A stretch of DNA of 64,000 nt, from contig NC_042997.1 of NCBI RefSeq assembly GCF_006345805.1, positions 161,076,001 through 161,140,000 of the forward strand. Direction: 5' to 3'. A model generated the notes under the pieces. The model had not been told where the DNA came from. It made no database searches and saw only the letters and a program-made list of their open reading frames with translations. Source of the stretch: Octopus sinensis. Taxonomy: Eukaryota. Position 1 is the stretch's first letter; each line of letters begins with the position of its first letter. Both the position numbers and the translations under genes were made by a program. Of the stretch, positions 24,289 through 38,141 are shown piece after piece.

Positions 24289-24412
24289 TTTATTCAGGTC
24301 ACTGCCTGGAATCAAACTCGGAATCTTGGGGTTAGTATGCATATGTACAGATTTGTATGTTTTGTTTTATGTATCTATTTTCCTGCATGTACTTTCATAT
24401 CTATACTTGATC

Positions 24413-24415
<3 letters not shown>
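23290..24415. repeat. About 590-bp tandem duplication bounded by (TA)n, each unit holding a tRNA-headed hammerhead element
   Basis: 23290-23825 is nearly identical to 23881-24415, with a few SNPs and microsatellite length differences. Confidence 0.9.
23415..23458 (-). ncRNA. Minimal type I hammerhead-like motif (probably inactivated; duplicate at 24006-24049)
   Basis: acac CTGATGA a ggctg gagggtgtat cagcc GAAA C G C T gtgt; position 16.1 is C rather than U. Confidence 0.55.
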
Positions 24416-24488
<73 letters not shown>

Positions 24489-24769
24489 AACTGAAAGTCT
24501 TTCGCGTTTTTGATTCTAAATGGGATTAAATTTACTTCATTTCAACACTTCAGAAAGTCACAGACGTTCTATAGTCGCGTTCCTTACTTTACAGTTTTAG
24601 TTTAGTGTCCATCTTTTTAAAGTAACATATCAGTACTTAAAGGATTATCACTTCAATTTACTTCAGAAAAAAGCGAACCAAGAGAAAGGCCTCCTACGAG
24701 CCATATTCTATCCTTTTATGTGTAGTAAGGATATACTGGATAATTTCATCTTGCATATATTGTACTTAG

Positions 24770-24804
<35 letters not shown>

Positions 24805-25295
24805 CGATATATGTTTTGTTGGTTTCAGCTAGAGGCTGAGTCCTGGCTGGAGCAACGCCGTTCTCTTAAGATGTTTACAGCACTTAGGTTTCCCTAGCGC
24901 TCACCTAAGTTCTGAGTTCTACGTTACTTGACGTTACAGGCATACATACATAAATGCATACATGCATACATTCATATATGCATACATAAGTACGTACGTA
25001 CATGCATACATACATACATACATACATACATACATACATACATACATACATACATACATACATGTCTATACGTTTGACAAATGACGTTTCGATGCATCTT
25101 TCTCGTTTGTTAGCGTGGTACACGTAGTAGATATGATTAGTAGCTGGTTAGTTGATTGGTTGGTTTTTTGGCTGGTGGGTCGGTTGGCTGGTTGGTTGGT
25201 TGGTTGGTTGGTTGGTTGGTTGGTTGGTTGGTAGGTTGGTTGGTTGGTTGGTTAGTTGGTTGAAAATCTCCAAGCACGCTTTCTATTGTACAGAC

Positions 25296-25455
25296 CAGTG
25301 GTTCTAAACCTGGAGTCCCCGGACCCCTGATGATACCCAAAGTTAGTAATGGAGGTCCGTGAACTAAATTAAAAAATTCATATATCTTTTTAGGAATAAG
25401 ATTAAGCATGTTTATTTAAATAAAAAGGGTTAGGAACCACTGTTGGGAACCACTA
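25296..25455. mobile_element. hAT/Charlie-type MITE with doubled right TIR
   Basis: cagtggttctaaacc ... ggttaggaaccactg ttgggaaccacta; TSD gtacagac (25288-95) / gtatagac (25456-63). Confidence 0.75.
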
Positions 25456-26074
25456 GTATAGACAGACATAGAGAGAGACCGACAGATAGACAGACAGACA
25501 AAGAAAGAGAGCGAGAGATAGACTGAGCGACAAGGATACGGAGAAAGAGAGAGAGAGTGGTGTATAAAATGAGAGATAGAGAGAAAGAGAGAGAGAGAGA
25601 GAGAAAGAGATAGAGAAAGAGAGAGCTATTACTTAATGTTTGAGATATGTACGCACTCACTAAATCTGCTGGCAGGCAATGAGTAAAATAATGTTATATA
25701 CATACAGTGAGGCAGAAAGGAACATAAAGATAGAAGAGCGGGAGTGAATAACAGGCTAGTTATAGGAGGAATTATACAAACGCAACTTATGCTTTTATTT
25801 AATTTTATTTTAGGGTAATAGATATGTTTACCCTTTGAAAGTTATCATTCATTTAATTATTTTGCACAAAAGCCCAGAAATTAGATAAATGTTAAATTAC
25901 AATTATTCTTTGTATGCAATATTTTCTTATCTTATCGATGATGGCAAAATTATGCTTCCAAAGTTACTCGCCATATGACAAGAACCAGTTTTAGACAATA
26001 CAATTATATAATAATGACACTACGCAGTTTTCTGTATACACGATATACGCATATATATATATGAATATATATAT

Positions 26075-26164
26075 AAACTTAGATAAACTTAGATATGTTT
26101 CGACCAATGATTGGTCCATGCCATGTCTAACTTAAGAGCACCACCTGATAGGATTATTTGAATC
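26075..26164 (-). mobile_element. Isolated 3' end of the 19.0-19.7 kb LINE family
   Basis: Minus strand: cctatcaggtggtgctcttaagttagacatggcatggaccaatcattggtcgaaacatatctaagtttatctaagttt. Confidence 0.8.
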
Positions 26165-26179
26165 ATATATATATATTTT

Positions 26180-26586
26180 TTTTTCTTTCTTTTTTCTTTT
26201 ACTTGTTTCAGTCATTTGACTGCGGCCATGCTGGAGCACCGCCTCTAGTCGAGCAAATCGACCCCAGAACTTATTCTTTGTAAGCCCAGTACTTATTCTA
26301 TCGGTCTCTTTTGTCGAACCGCTAAGTGACGGGGACGTAAACACACCAGCATCGGTTGTCAAGCAATGCTAGGTGGACAAACACAGACATACACACACAC
26401 ACATATATATATATATACATATATACGACAGGCTTCTTTCAGTTTCCGTCTACCAAATCCACTCACAAGGCATTGGTTGGCCCGGGGCTATAGCAGAAGA
26501 CACTTGCCCAAGATGCCACACAGTGGGACTGAACCCGGAACCATGTGGTTGGTTAGCAAGCTACTTACCACGCAGCCACTCCTGCG

Positions 26587-26590
<4 letters not shown>
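26180..26590 (-). mobile_element. tRNA-derived SINE (ggcgcaggagtggctg family)
   Basis: Minus head ggcgcaggagtggctgcgtggtaagtag...ggttccgggttcagtcccactg; internal (CA/TA)n; tail ggtgctccagcatggccgcagtcaaatgactgaaac. Confidence 0.85.
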
Positions 26591-26655
<65 letters not shown>

Positions 26656-26663
26656 ATATATAA

Positions 26664-26696
<33 letters not shown>

Positions 26697-26705
26697 GCTA
26701 GATAA

Positions 26706-26784
<79 letters not shown>

Positions 26785-27816
26785 TATAGAACAATCTTAG
26801 AAGTAATAATTTTTGTTAAACATTCCGGTTAGACCACAGAAATACATTAATTAACCTGCAAATATTTGTAAACCAGTACTATATACACGATCAAAGGTTT
26901 CTAGAAATACTGCAGATGCTCAACCACGAACTTCAATAGATCTTCAGTCAAAAGTTCATTATTTTTATTTTATTTCAATTTCTACTTCATAAAAGTTGTT
27001 CAAAAACTGTAGGAGATTGAATAGTCCGAGACTTCAAACACGATGTTAAAGAGAACAGTAATGAAAGAAGGTTAAAACTTGTGACAATACCAGTTAATTT
27101 CTCGAAATTCGTTTATGCATCATATAAACGGATTCATTAGAAGTTCAATTTTTCGAACCTTGTGAATGCTTTAAGGTCTACTACGTATATAAAACGTTTA
27201 ACCAAGCTATACAAAATCTAGTGACAAGAAATTCAACTAATCTTAGGTATTTTGAAAGAATATTTAGATGAAGAATAGGTTGGGAAAATAATAATGACGT
27301 ATAGACTGAGAGCAACTAGTCGAATACAATCTCTTTTGGAAAAATATGATTTGTTACTGCGCAAATTATTGTTGTGGATTCGAGGATGAAGTTATTGAGG
27401 CAGTATCAAATATCCCCTAAAATATCTAGAATATATGACGGGAATTTTTGACAATTTCTTGAATTGTGAGACATGGAAGTTAACGATATATATTATTTCA
27501 AGGATAGACAAGTAACATGCATGTGGTGAGGTTGATGACCAAAGCAAACAGATGAAACTAAGACATAAATCAAAGAATACTTTGTATGAGGATTTCAAAC
27601 ACCCAGATGCATGTACATCCTCCTTGAACACAATAAATATTTACGAACACATTTCTCCTGTTCCAGTAGAAAAGCGCGTTGAGATCGGTCGGAGAGACCT
27701 TCGTCTTCCTGAGTTTTAGAATCTGCCTCGCGATTAAACAATATTGCCTGGTCCTGTGTGTTTTTAGCAGCTTTCACTTTTAGAAAGCATTCATTGTCGG
27801 TGTTTCTATCCCTAAC

Positions 27817-28224
27817 CTACCTACTGTCTTCGTGCTTGACATTTTTATAGAGGATACATTTCTCGTCACCAGTTACTATTGGGTCCAAAAAAGGTTCATT
27901 CGTGAGACGTGACAGCAAAGAAAAACAAACATTCATTCTCTGCGCGCGATTATAGTCGAAAAGTTTGTGAGGAACCCATTGACCCAATTTGCTGACTTTT
28001 CCGATGGCACACACGTGACGGTGAATGATTGAATGACAAAATCCAAGCTTTTCTGCAAGTTCCTTAATAGTTGCGAAGGGATTTTGTTCCACAAGGGTTT
28101 GCAGGACATCCTCGTTGAACTCTACAGAAATTCCAGGTCGATGCTTGTATTCTAGACTGTAGTTTCCGGCTCGGAATTTCTGGAACCACTGTTGACGCTG
28201 GCTTACGCTTATATTCCGATCCAC
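27817..28224 (-). pseudogene. mariner transposase fragment (Mos1/SETMAR-like)
   Basis: WFQKFRAG...RPG, ATIKELAEKL, KLGQWVPHKL (WVPHEL motif), IVTGDEK (first catalytic Asp). Confidence 0.9.
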
Positions 28225-29203
28225 ATGGAATTACATACCTTTGTACTAATGTGGCAAGTATGGGTGCCTCTTGCAGCAGGTTTTACAGTATTCTTTTGGT
28301 GAACCTTCCTTTGGCATTTCAGTACGCTGTCTGATGCACATTCCTTTTTACACCACCCTGTGAGGGGAGGTGCCGTTTAATGCATTGCTAACACTCTCAG
28401 TGTTTGGATAGGTTCTCTGATGGTTTCTAAGGCCTACCTTACTTAAACTGGTACCAGACTCGTTACAATGGGGCTGTATACCAAAATATTCGTACCAAAT
28501 TAGCATCAGTATATCCTAAAGAACATCTCTCTGAACTTACGAATTCCCTACTTGCATTATGTACTGCATTCTTTCACAATATACAATCGAGAGGGAGGTT
28601 TTTTTCCCATTTTCTAAGGCTTTACTTTTTCTAGTGTATCCGATGCAGTCCTCAAAACTTTACTCGGTTTTCAGCTCAGGTCTTTTACTCTAGGTTTACT
28701 CGCAATATCAAATTGCTTAGGGTTCTGATCATCTTCTATCCCCAGTACATAACCTCTCCGTCCACTCACCCATCCATCCATCCAGCAATACATACATACA
28801 TGCAATCATTCATACACAATACACACACGTGTGTGTGTGTTTATATTTATGCATATACTCAGCTGAAAATCTACAAAGGTGACAAAAATTCTAAGAGTTT
28901 TGTAGGTCAAACTTAGATTTATCAATGTTGATAGTTTTCAGGATCTAAATTAAAAAAGATCTACCTCTGAATTTTGATCTTTGTTTATCTTGTTTGAACG
29001 TCTGTGCCTACATATATTTAAAGAGCATACGCATATAATAGCAGTCCCAAACATTGTCTTGTGATGCACTAAACTCTGAAATATAATAGGTACAGAATAA
29101 GAATATAATCGTGACATTATAGCAAATTTTATGTTTGCCCTCTTCCGCTCTGACATCAACATAATGTCTATCCAAACTATTCAGATTAAAAATAGCAACA
29201 TAC

Positions 29204-29235
29204 CTGGAATGTAACTGCACACCTGCTAAACGAGT
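29204..29235 (-). CDS. Candidate 32-nt microexon
   Basis: Acceptor catttctgctctcttgcAG and donor CAG|GTATGT flank actcgtttagcaggtgtgcagttacattccag. Confidence 0.3.
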
Positions 29236-31059
29236 CTGCAAGAGAGCAGAAATGTGGTATTTCTGGTGCAACGCTTCTATAGGTGTTACTTAGTCAATCC
29301 ACCGATGACCTGAATATTTTTAAATCTAATCGATCACCAATGATTGGTGGGGAATGGAACACAAGTGTAGCAGCTCAAACTATTAAAATGATCATTTTAA
29401 AGAGCATCAACGAGAAAAGAAAAGACGATTATAATCTTCAGGCATAAAGTCTGCAGTAACAAACTAATTCAGAAAAGTGCTGCAACATCTCCAATTTTAT
29501 AATGATATGTTTAAATGTTTTTATTAGCTGATAACATTTAAAGTACAAATAGCAGACTCGAAGTGAAAACACTTTATGCGATAAGCATAAATTAGATGAG
29601 CGAGAAAATATATGCAGATAAGCCGTTTACTATTTATATTTATTTCCTACGTAATGAACAAATCGACATTTCTGATTTTACTTTAACTTTTATTCGGCAT
29701 GCTTATTAAATATAATAAGTAGGTTGTTAAAATAAGTTCTGATATTGCCCGTATTCAGAGAATTTGATATTATGGCTGAATAGTATTGAGAAAACCGTAG
29801 TAAATTATGTACAATCTAGGATAAATAAACAATAATAAAATAATTAAGATAAAGGTGAACATATATCATATTCATATCGAAACAAGAATGCCAACCAGCC
29901 GAAAAATCTGTAGATAAATATACGCATATCAAAACTCCAATACCCACGAGATTTTTATCAAACAAATTTGATAAAAAAAAGTTATATATGCTTCAGAAAA
30001 ATAAACGAAGAATAGTATATGCATCATCAACAGAGAAAAGAGAATATCTAACATAGATATCAGAATTATCTTAATTTGATAAAATTTTATTCATCCGTGT
30101 TATGAATAGAAGTAGCTAAGATTTATGTCTAATCACAGATAACAATATTGTATATTATATCAATGGGTGCTATTACGCAGTGCCAAGAGTTTCATGCATG
30201 ACTAAGCTGCATTTTGATCTATCCAAAAAGTTCAATGAAATAAATATTAGCTACCTGTTATTGAAAACATACTAGATAAAACTACTAGAATAAAATCGCG
30301 TTGAGACAGTTACGATAATAAATGTGAGCAGAAGCATGAGAAATTGTGAATTCTGAGTGAAAAGCTTACTCAACAAGCTTAAATTTGTCGCTGAGAGAAA
30401 ACACGTCTGCATTTGAAAACAAACCAGTTTTACCCTTTATTATAATCAATATATGAAAAATCTACTCCTTGATCAAAACTGCATTCGCTGCAGAGTATGT
30501 TTTGATATACTACACGTGGTTGCAAAAGAGAGATGTGAATTCTATTTTTCTATAAGAGTGTGTATATACATCTGCTGTACGAAGTCGCTGCTCTTATACG
30601 TATTTGTAGATACTCGTAAATTTATACTATGGAATATCGTTGGTGATGAGAGCAGTAATATTTTTTTTTATTTTAAGCTTCAAACAGGATCTTGTACACA
30701 GTTAACCAAAAGTTTAATTCATCATCTTTCTTTCGCCCGACTACGGCCCAGTGTTTTATTCTCGGAGTTCTTAAGGTGGTAATAGCGTCTTTTTGCGTCC
30801 ATTTTTCCAGCGCGTAGAGAGGCTTATAGCCAATCCTTCATTATTATGTATATAATTAAAATATTCGTAAAATTTATCTATAAGGATTTTATTTCCGCTC
30901 TGACCTCCTGGTAAAATCATGAATGATTTTTGCCCTTTATTATAATATGTGTGTGTGTTTGTGTATGTGTATGTGAGAGAAAGAGAGAGTTGTATGATAT
31001 ATAGATCAAGCATTATTTAATATTGAACTCAATGATCTGTGTGAGAAGAAGTTGACAGT

Positions 31060-32300
31060 CTGCGAGGGTCGACTGAAAAGGGCAGAGGCTGACCAAGATA
31101 TTTTCATGAAATGTGATCAAATGCGGTTTATTTTTCAACATAGTCCCCGTAGCGGTTCACACACTTCTTTCATTGGTGTTGCTGTGCTTGGATCCCATCG
31201 GTGAGGAAGCTTTCATCCTATTGCTCAAAAAAGTCATCAACAGCAGATGTAACGTCTTCGTCACTGCTGTACGTGTTCACTTGACAAGTGTTATTTCGCG
31301 CCAGCGAACAGATTACAGTCAGATGGGGCCAAATCAGGAGAATAGGGGCAGCTCAAAGATACATTCACGCACACCAGCCTTTGAAACCAAGAACTTGTAT
31401 GCTGGAGTATTGTCCCCATGGAACAAGACCCCTTTCGTCATTTCCCTTGACGTTTGATCTTCGTAACTTTCGAAACTGCCCCAGCTGGTGCGAATAGTAC
31501 TTTCCATTGATGGTGTGGACTTTTGGAACACAGTCAATAATCACAATGTCATTTGCATTCCAAAATACTGAAGCTACATGAAACAACCATGATCTTCTTT
31601 TGGGGAAGATGAGGAGGGGTGCTTCCATTGCATGGATTATCTTTGTCTCTGGTTCAAAGTGATGGAGCCAACACTCATACTGGTTTAGAAAACATTCAAA
31701 GAACCAAGCTGGATCTGCCTCAAACAACGTCAGATTTTTCCGTGACGTGATCAGCCTGGTGCGCTTTTGATCAGGTGTCAGAAGACTGCACCAACTGAGC
31801 AAAAACTTTCATCATAGCAAGTTCATTGCAGAATATTAGAATATTATCAATTCTTCTATGGGATATGCTAATAGCAGTTATTATTTGATTTATAATCAAT
31901 AGTCTGTTATCCATTATCTGCGTTAACACAAGGTGAATGCAAGCAATTTTTAACTAGGTGGTAGTAGTTGCAGGACGTCCATAACTTGGATCATTTTCGA
32001 AACTCTCTCTTCAATTTTTAAATTCAGATGCTCACATTTGCACTGTTAATAAAGCTGGAGCGTTATCGACATGTCAGCATGAATTTCCTTGGGAGATAAA
32101 CCCTTTTTTCTACACGTATTTGATGCGATGCGAAATTTTATCTATTTTCAAGAGAAGTCGCTACTAGTAACGTTGTTATTTTTTTTGAACAGTCAGATGT
32201 TAGTTTGCCTAGAGAAAAACAATTCAATTATTAATGCGTTGAAATTAGTGCATGCAAGATTTCACTGCTCTAGCATCACTCCTTCACAGCCAGCTCACCT
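31060..32300 (-). mobile_element. Degraded mariner element
   Basis: WCSLLTPDQKRTR, ECWLHHFEPETK, ASVFWNANDIVIID...TINGKYY, HGDNTPAYK, LEYCPH; TIR-like cgagggtcgactgaaaag near 31062. Confidence 0.85.
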
Positions 32301-33879
32301 TCGTACAGACCGGAGTGTCTCCCCGGTCAGGGTAACAATCATGAACAGTGGAGTCTGCGACGAAACTTTTGAACAGATTCTCAATTTTTGATATATCATG
32401 TGTAATTAACATCATAGGAAAAAGAACATTGTCGATTGTCTGCAAAATTGAAAAGAAATTAGACACTGAGTAGATTTTTTTCTTATTTATTGTATTCTTC
32501 TTTGTAGCTATTTGGTTTAATGTTCTCTGCATTAAACATTTATTACATAGTAGAGAAAGAAACAACAATTACAACAAATAATTTTGGAGCTGTATTTGAA
32601 ATCATGTGTTGAAAGTGAAGCATTGTGGAAGAAGCATTTCATTTATGATCTGGTCAACACAAAGTTCCAATGCAACTGCTACGGAACTGCGTCAGTGATC
32701 TGGTCATTGCTGTGCCACATTTTGACAGGTAAGGGAATAAATTTCAAATTCAAATGGAAGTGAAACTAATATCTTTGCGCATCATTAAACGGCTCTTCCA
32801 CAATATAGTGACTACAAATAGTATTGTAAGAGTTTAAAGTTGCACAAAGAAATATATGTTTTCATAAAAGCGTAAACAGATTTTAAATATCTGGGTTAAA
32901 TATGGTGAGCTTAGGCATCTAAAGCCATCTATTCAAAGAAGCATGGAAAACACTATCAGTTTAGATTAATTTTTAAAAGAAATGTGCTGATTTGATATTA
33001 AAGTCATTGCTTCTAAAATATTTTTTAAATGAAAATATTTTTAAAATGAAAATTTTTCATATATACTACATGTAAATTGAGACTTGGAAAACAATGTAAC
33101 AACAAACAGGCTGTTATTGCAGTGAGTTTAGTTTATAGATTTATGATATACTTTCATCAATATAATTTCTCGTTCACACAAAGATATTTTCGAAGTATTT
33201 GAACTTCTGACACATAAACTCCACATTTTGTCTATTAATAGTAGAATTAGAGTAGCTGGTGTGTTACAAGGAGCTTTTGTTTATATTTGCAACAAAATAT
33301 CGAATTTTACTTTATTTATACATGCCATATCTTTTCCCTACTATTGAATGCCTTAAATCTTATACAATCTCAGAAACAGGAAACTTTAACTGGACATATT
33401 TTTGAGACTAAAGAATAAAAAAAATGCCTGCATTGTAATTCTCTTGAAATATTAACCAAGCATTTATCTTTAATGGATAAACTGAACTATATCAATGTTA
33501 TTTATTAGAATGGAATCTGGAATTCTATTTGCAATCGAAGCTGACATTTGCCAGACTTAATTATTTTCTATAGATCTCTAAACTGATAAAAGCCACCTAC
33601 AAATTCTTTGGTTATGTTACAAAAGAGGATAAATGGATGGATACTATGAATGTAACAACTTAAAAAGACAACTGGTCTGTTAAAGAATTTCATAAAATTG
33701 GAAACTACGGCATGCACACTATAGAATATATAAAAAGAAGAAAGTCGTTGAGAATTAACTACGGCTATGTTTTACTGTTTAGTTACATTAAAATGCTAGT
33801 GAAACTTTAATGCAGTATATAGTGTATCATGTGTACGCACAGAATAAGCAGTGAGAACTTAGAAAGGATACAAGTATCC

Positions 33880-34312
33880 GCATTTGGTACATTTTTCATG
33901 TAATCTAATATTCTAATCTTCGAAATGTGAATAGCAGTGATGTCTGTCAAGTTGTCAGATTAAATTGAAAATTTAATTTCTTCATGCAGTCGAAGATGTC
34001 AGAGTGTGATTGAAGCTAAAAGGCTTCACGCTAAATATTAAATAATTCCAGTATTCTCTGTCATTTTTGATTATTTTATTTTTTCAACCGTTCTGATCAT
34101 TTTGGCCGCCATGGGTTTTGCAGTAAATCACTAAATCATCCATAACTTTTGTATTATCCTCTCAAATTACACCAAAATCTCAGACAATAACAATCAATAT
34201 TGTATTTATTGCCTGTAAAAATTATAGAATATAAAACTACTTTGATAAAAACTTATACTTACTTTTCCGACGAAAACAATGCCGTTCTGAAAATTTTGGC
34301 CGCAACTGTATA
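33880..34312 (+). mobile_element. Tc1-like 3' remnant
   Basis: About 33980-34040 encodes RRCQSVIEAKRLHAKY* (Tc1 C-terminus VIxAKGxxTKY); terminus ttttggccgcaactg-TA. Confidence 0.55.
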
Positions 34313-35384
34313 TCTTATTAAATATTAGAACTAACGGCCAAAAGTATGTAATATATTTGAATCAGTCTATTCATATACCTGATTTAGTTATACGATTTAT
34401 AAAAGTGGAATTTAAATACAATGATACACTGGTCATTTAGGATTAGGTTAAGTGTTTGCTAAAAAGAACATAATGCGATTTGAAACTATTGTCAAGTGGA
34501 ACTCTCTTTTCATGACCATAGTGATGTTGTAAAAATAAGACCGACGTTTAAGATTGTCGAAAGCATCATTAATACAAAGATGGTTAAATTCTATGGATAT
34601 ATACTGCTGTAAAGTTTAGCAAGAAAAATATCAATGCTGAAGTTTTTCCAGATATTTGCACTGTTAAGTTAAAAATCAATGCGCATTTCACAAGCTCATT
34701 CCCATTTAAACATAAGCTATAATTACACACGCCATAATAATGCTTGTCTGTACTTGATTCACTTTTTAACATCAGCCTCAGAACTTACTATCTAGAGTAT
34801 TAATTATTCCAGCTACGATGTTACTAAATACATCTAACAGATGTAAATGATTGCCTGATTACTAAATCAACTTCTGATGTATTGATCATAAAGCTTATTA
34901 CACCCTAAATTTGTGGTCGTATAAAATATCTCAGCTTTAATTTTTCTGGAGCTATATGGTATAAAGTTTTGTCAGAATAATAATTTAAACACTCGATAAA
35001 ATATTGATTGAAATAAGTAATGGTTTAGATATCACCAGTTTAACACTCTTAAGGATGGTGTCCCAGTAAGACTACAGTCCAATTTGTGAAACTTATAAAA
35101 GAATTTTAAAAACTGGAGAGTTTGTTGGTTGTGAAATCAGTTCCAGCAACTACGTAGAGGCAATCCTAATAATTTTTAAATGTACTTCTGTTAAACAAGA
35201 AACGAAGATGAATATCATGCCTTACTCATAGAAACATGTATTTTTGATACATTTGGAGAAAGTAAGCAGATTTGCCTGTATGGAACTATATTAAATACCT
35301 TAACTGATAAGTGGATGTTTATACAAGAAATATCGCTACCGCAACCCCACTGTAAAATGTTTGATAATTTTTCTCATTCGTAAT

Positions 35385-35387
35385 CTG

Positions 35388-35478
<91 letters not shown>

Positions 35479-35479
35479 G

Positions 35480-35528
<49 letters not shown>

Positions 35529-35531
35529 TCG

Positions 35532-35626
<95 letters not shown>

Positions 35627-35633
35627 ATGTATG

Positions 35634-35700
<67 letters not shown>
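35385..35700. repeat. (TCTA)n/(TCTG)n microsatellite
   Basis: Directly visible. Confidence 0.95.
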
Positions 35701-35702
<2 letters not shown>

Positions 35703-35777
35703 ACATTTATCTATCTTTTTACATACATACGTATGGGTTGATATGCAATATATTTAAATATAATTAACGCGTATATG

Positions 35778-36192
35778 TAATATATTAATATATAAAACAA
35801 ATGTAGATCTCAATACAAGAAACAAAAGACAAATCATTAAAACAAGAAATATAATATATAAAGAATGTGCTGGATCAATTTAATGTCCCATCCTTAAGAA
35901 ATCTTCGGTGGACAGAAATTCATAATTGAAGATGATAGCCGAAATTATTCACTTCTAGCTTGATAAAGATTTGACATGACTTCCCTATACGTTTTGAAAG
36001 TATACATTTATATGTCATTGTCTTTAAAGAAAAAAGCTGCCAAGAAACATGTGGTGTCGTACATTCTCAGAATGCATTGTGAATAAATGAATGAATAACC
36101 ATAAATTTGAATTTCAATAATTGCATATGTATAGTTAGAAAATGTTTATTTTATATTAAACTTATTAATACTTTTTGATAGTTATATATATT

Positions 36193-36264
<72 letters not shown>

Positions 36265-36432
36265 ATATATACAATTACTCAATAGTCAAGATAAAACTCT
36301 GAGTTTCAGATGCCGAAGTGGAAATCCACAACACCATCTCTTCGGTTATCTGGCCATCTGGAAAAACGCTATGAAAAAATACCGTTATATAAAGGGAAAT
36401 TACTGTGTTATAATTCTGCTACTTATATAAAA
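35778..36432 (-). mobile_element. Penelope-type pLTR; left arm of a 0.65-kb inverted repeat with 41167-41803
   Basis: Reverse-complement identity apart from (TA)n length and a few SNPs; hammerhead-like motif at 36289-36351 in the same sense as the adjacent PLE ORF. Confidence 0.85.
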
Positions 36433-37099
36433 TAAGATTAAAATTTCATAGTAAAACATGGCTAGTCATACGCTCACATGTGCGCTCGCGGACCCACGTG
36501 CGTACTTATACGTCACTATAAAAACGTACACATCTTCACTCGCATTTTTCGCCAAATATATACGCATATATATATACAAACTCATACACATACATGCGTA
36601 CCGTAAAAGTTCATACATACGTCTATATACGCACAAGCACAAGAAAAACCATGGTTAAAGGTAACAGAAAAAACCATAAGGAAGTATACAAAGCATAAAA
36701 ACCCCGTTCATATACGGACATGCCCTTATGCACTCATACACACACACGTCCATATATGTACATACCCGCACATGTTTATATACGGATACATACACACGCA
36801 TATACGAAAAATGAATATACGTATGCCGCCCCCACGAAAAAAACCCCTAAAAATGAAAAAATACTAAGTAAAAACGTCTATATATATATGCATTCTTATG
36901 CCCGCACACACGCACACATCCAAAACTGCCCATTCATACATATTCACACACGTGTACAACTAAATCTATATACACGTCTATATAGGCAAAGGAAAAAATG
37001 CAGGATAGAAAAGTACAGAAAAATTAATATGTGTGAAAATATGAAAATATATGAAATAATAAAAGGTATAATGAGATAAAAAACTTTTTGGGACATAAT

Positions 37100-37975
37100 A
37101 TGGAAAGCAAGTTTTATCAGTTTTCTTTAGGGGACCAAAACGTAACAGAAATTTTGTCCAATGTGGGCATGATCCGAAAAGTTCTGTCCTTGAGTTTAGA
37201 CATGTAGTAGGGTCTAAGCTGCTTTTCCAGATAAGCCATCTCTCCATGTCGCATAGACCGCACTTTCCGCTGCCGTTGGTGTAGGGCTTACATTTGGCCA
37301 AAATCTTCCAATGGATGTTATAATCGACACCTTTATCTTTTAAAGACCAAATATGATTAGATAATTTTGTCGCTTTTCTTTTGTTCCAGTGCCTAAAACT
37401 CAAGGTGTGGTTATTGAACCTGGCCTTGAAATTACCCTCTGTAAGGCCCACGTATTTCTTCGTCGAAACGGTGTCTTTAGTGGTTATTGAGTTCACGGTA
37501 GCTTTATAGATGATGGTCTCGGACATGCAAGCTCCATTTAGCGGGCACAATTTTTTATTCCTGCAAGAACAGCTGTTTTCTTGTTGTGGTTTTTGTATGT
37601 TATGCGTTATTATATTTTTAAAATTGGTAGTTGAACTAAAACTAATTTTTAAATTGTGTTTATTGAAGAGTTTCCTATAAGTAGGGTTAACTGGAAAATG
37701 TCTACCTATCAGTGTTAAGAAATATTTACCTATATTGAAGGTCACCTCGGCTGAGTAAGGGGGTGTAAACCAGATGATCTTCCTTATTCTATTTTTCCTC
37801 TTCTTTACTGTTGGGCTAGTAACAGGTGTATATTTTATTTTTTCGCTAAAACCACTATCTTTTAAAGCCTTATTATAAACTGGGGCAACGCTATTAAAAA
37901 TGTCCTTATCGGAGGAGAGGCTAGAAATTCTCTTACTAATATTTTAAACTAAATTTTTGAATACTATAGGGGGAT
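37100..37975 (-). mobile_element. 5'-truncated Naiad-like Penelope element (thumb + GIY-YIG)
   Basis: HPPIVFKNL, RKIIWFTPPYS, CSCR..CPLNGAC, IIYKATV...KYVGLTEGNFKARFNNH, TKLSNHIW, CGLC; one TAA at 37944-46. The clade label is inferred from motif pattern. Confidence 0.85.
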
Positions 37976-38008
37976 GGCAATATATATATATATTTATATA
38001 TATATATA

Positions 38009-38096
<88 letters not shown>

Positions 38097-38097
38097 A

Positions 38098-38132
<35 letters not shown>

Positions 38133-38141
<9 letters not shown>

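Noticed and set aside
37100-37975. Selenocysteine (in-frame TGA) recoding reported for some Naiad elements
   Set aside because: No in-frame TGA in the readable part; the only interruption is TAA.
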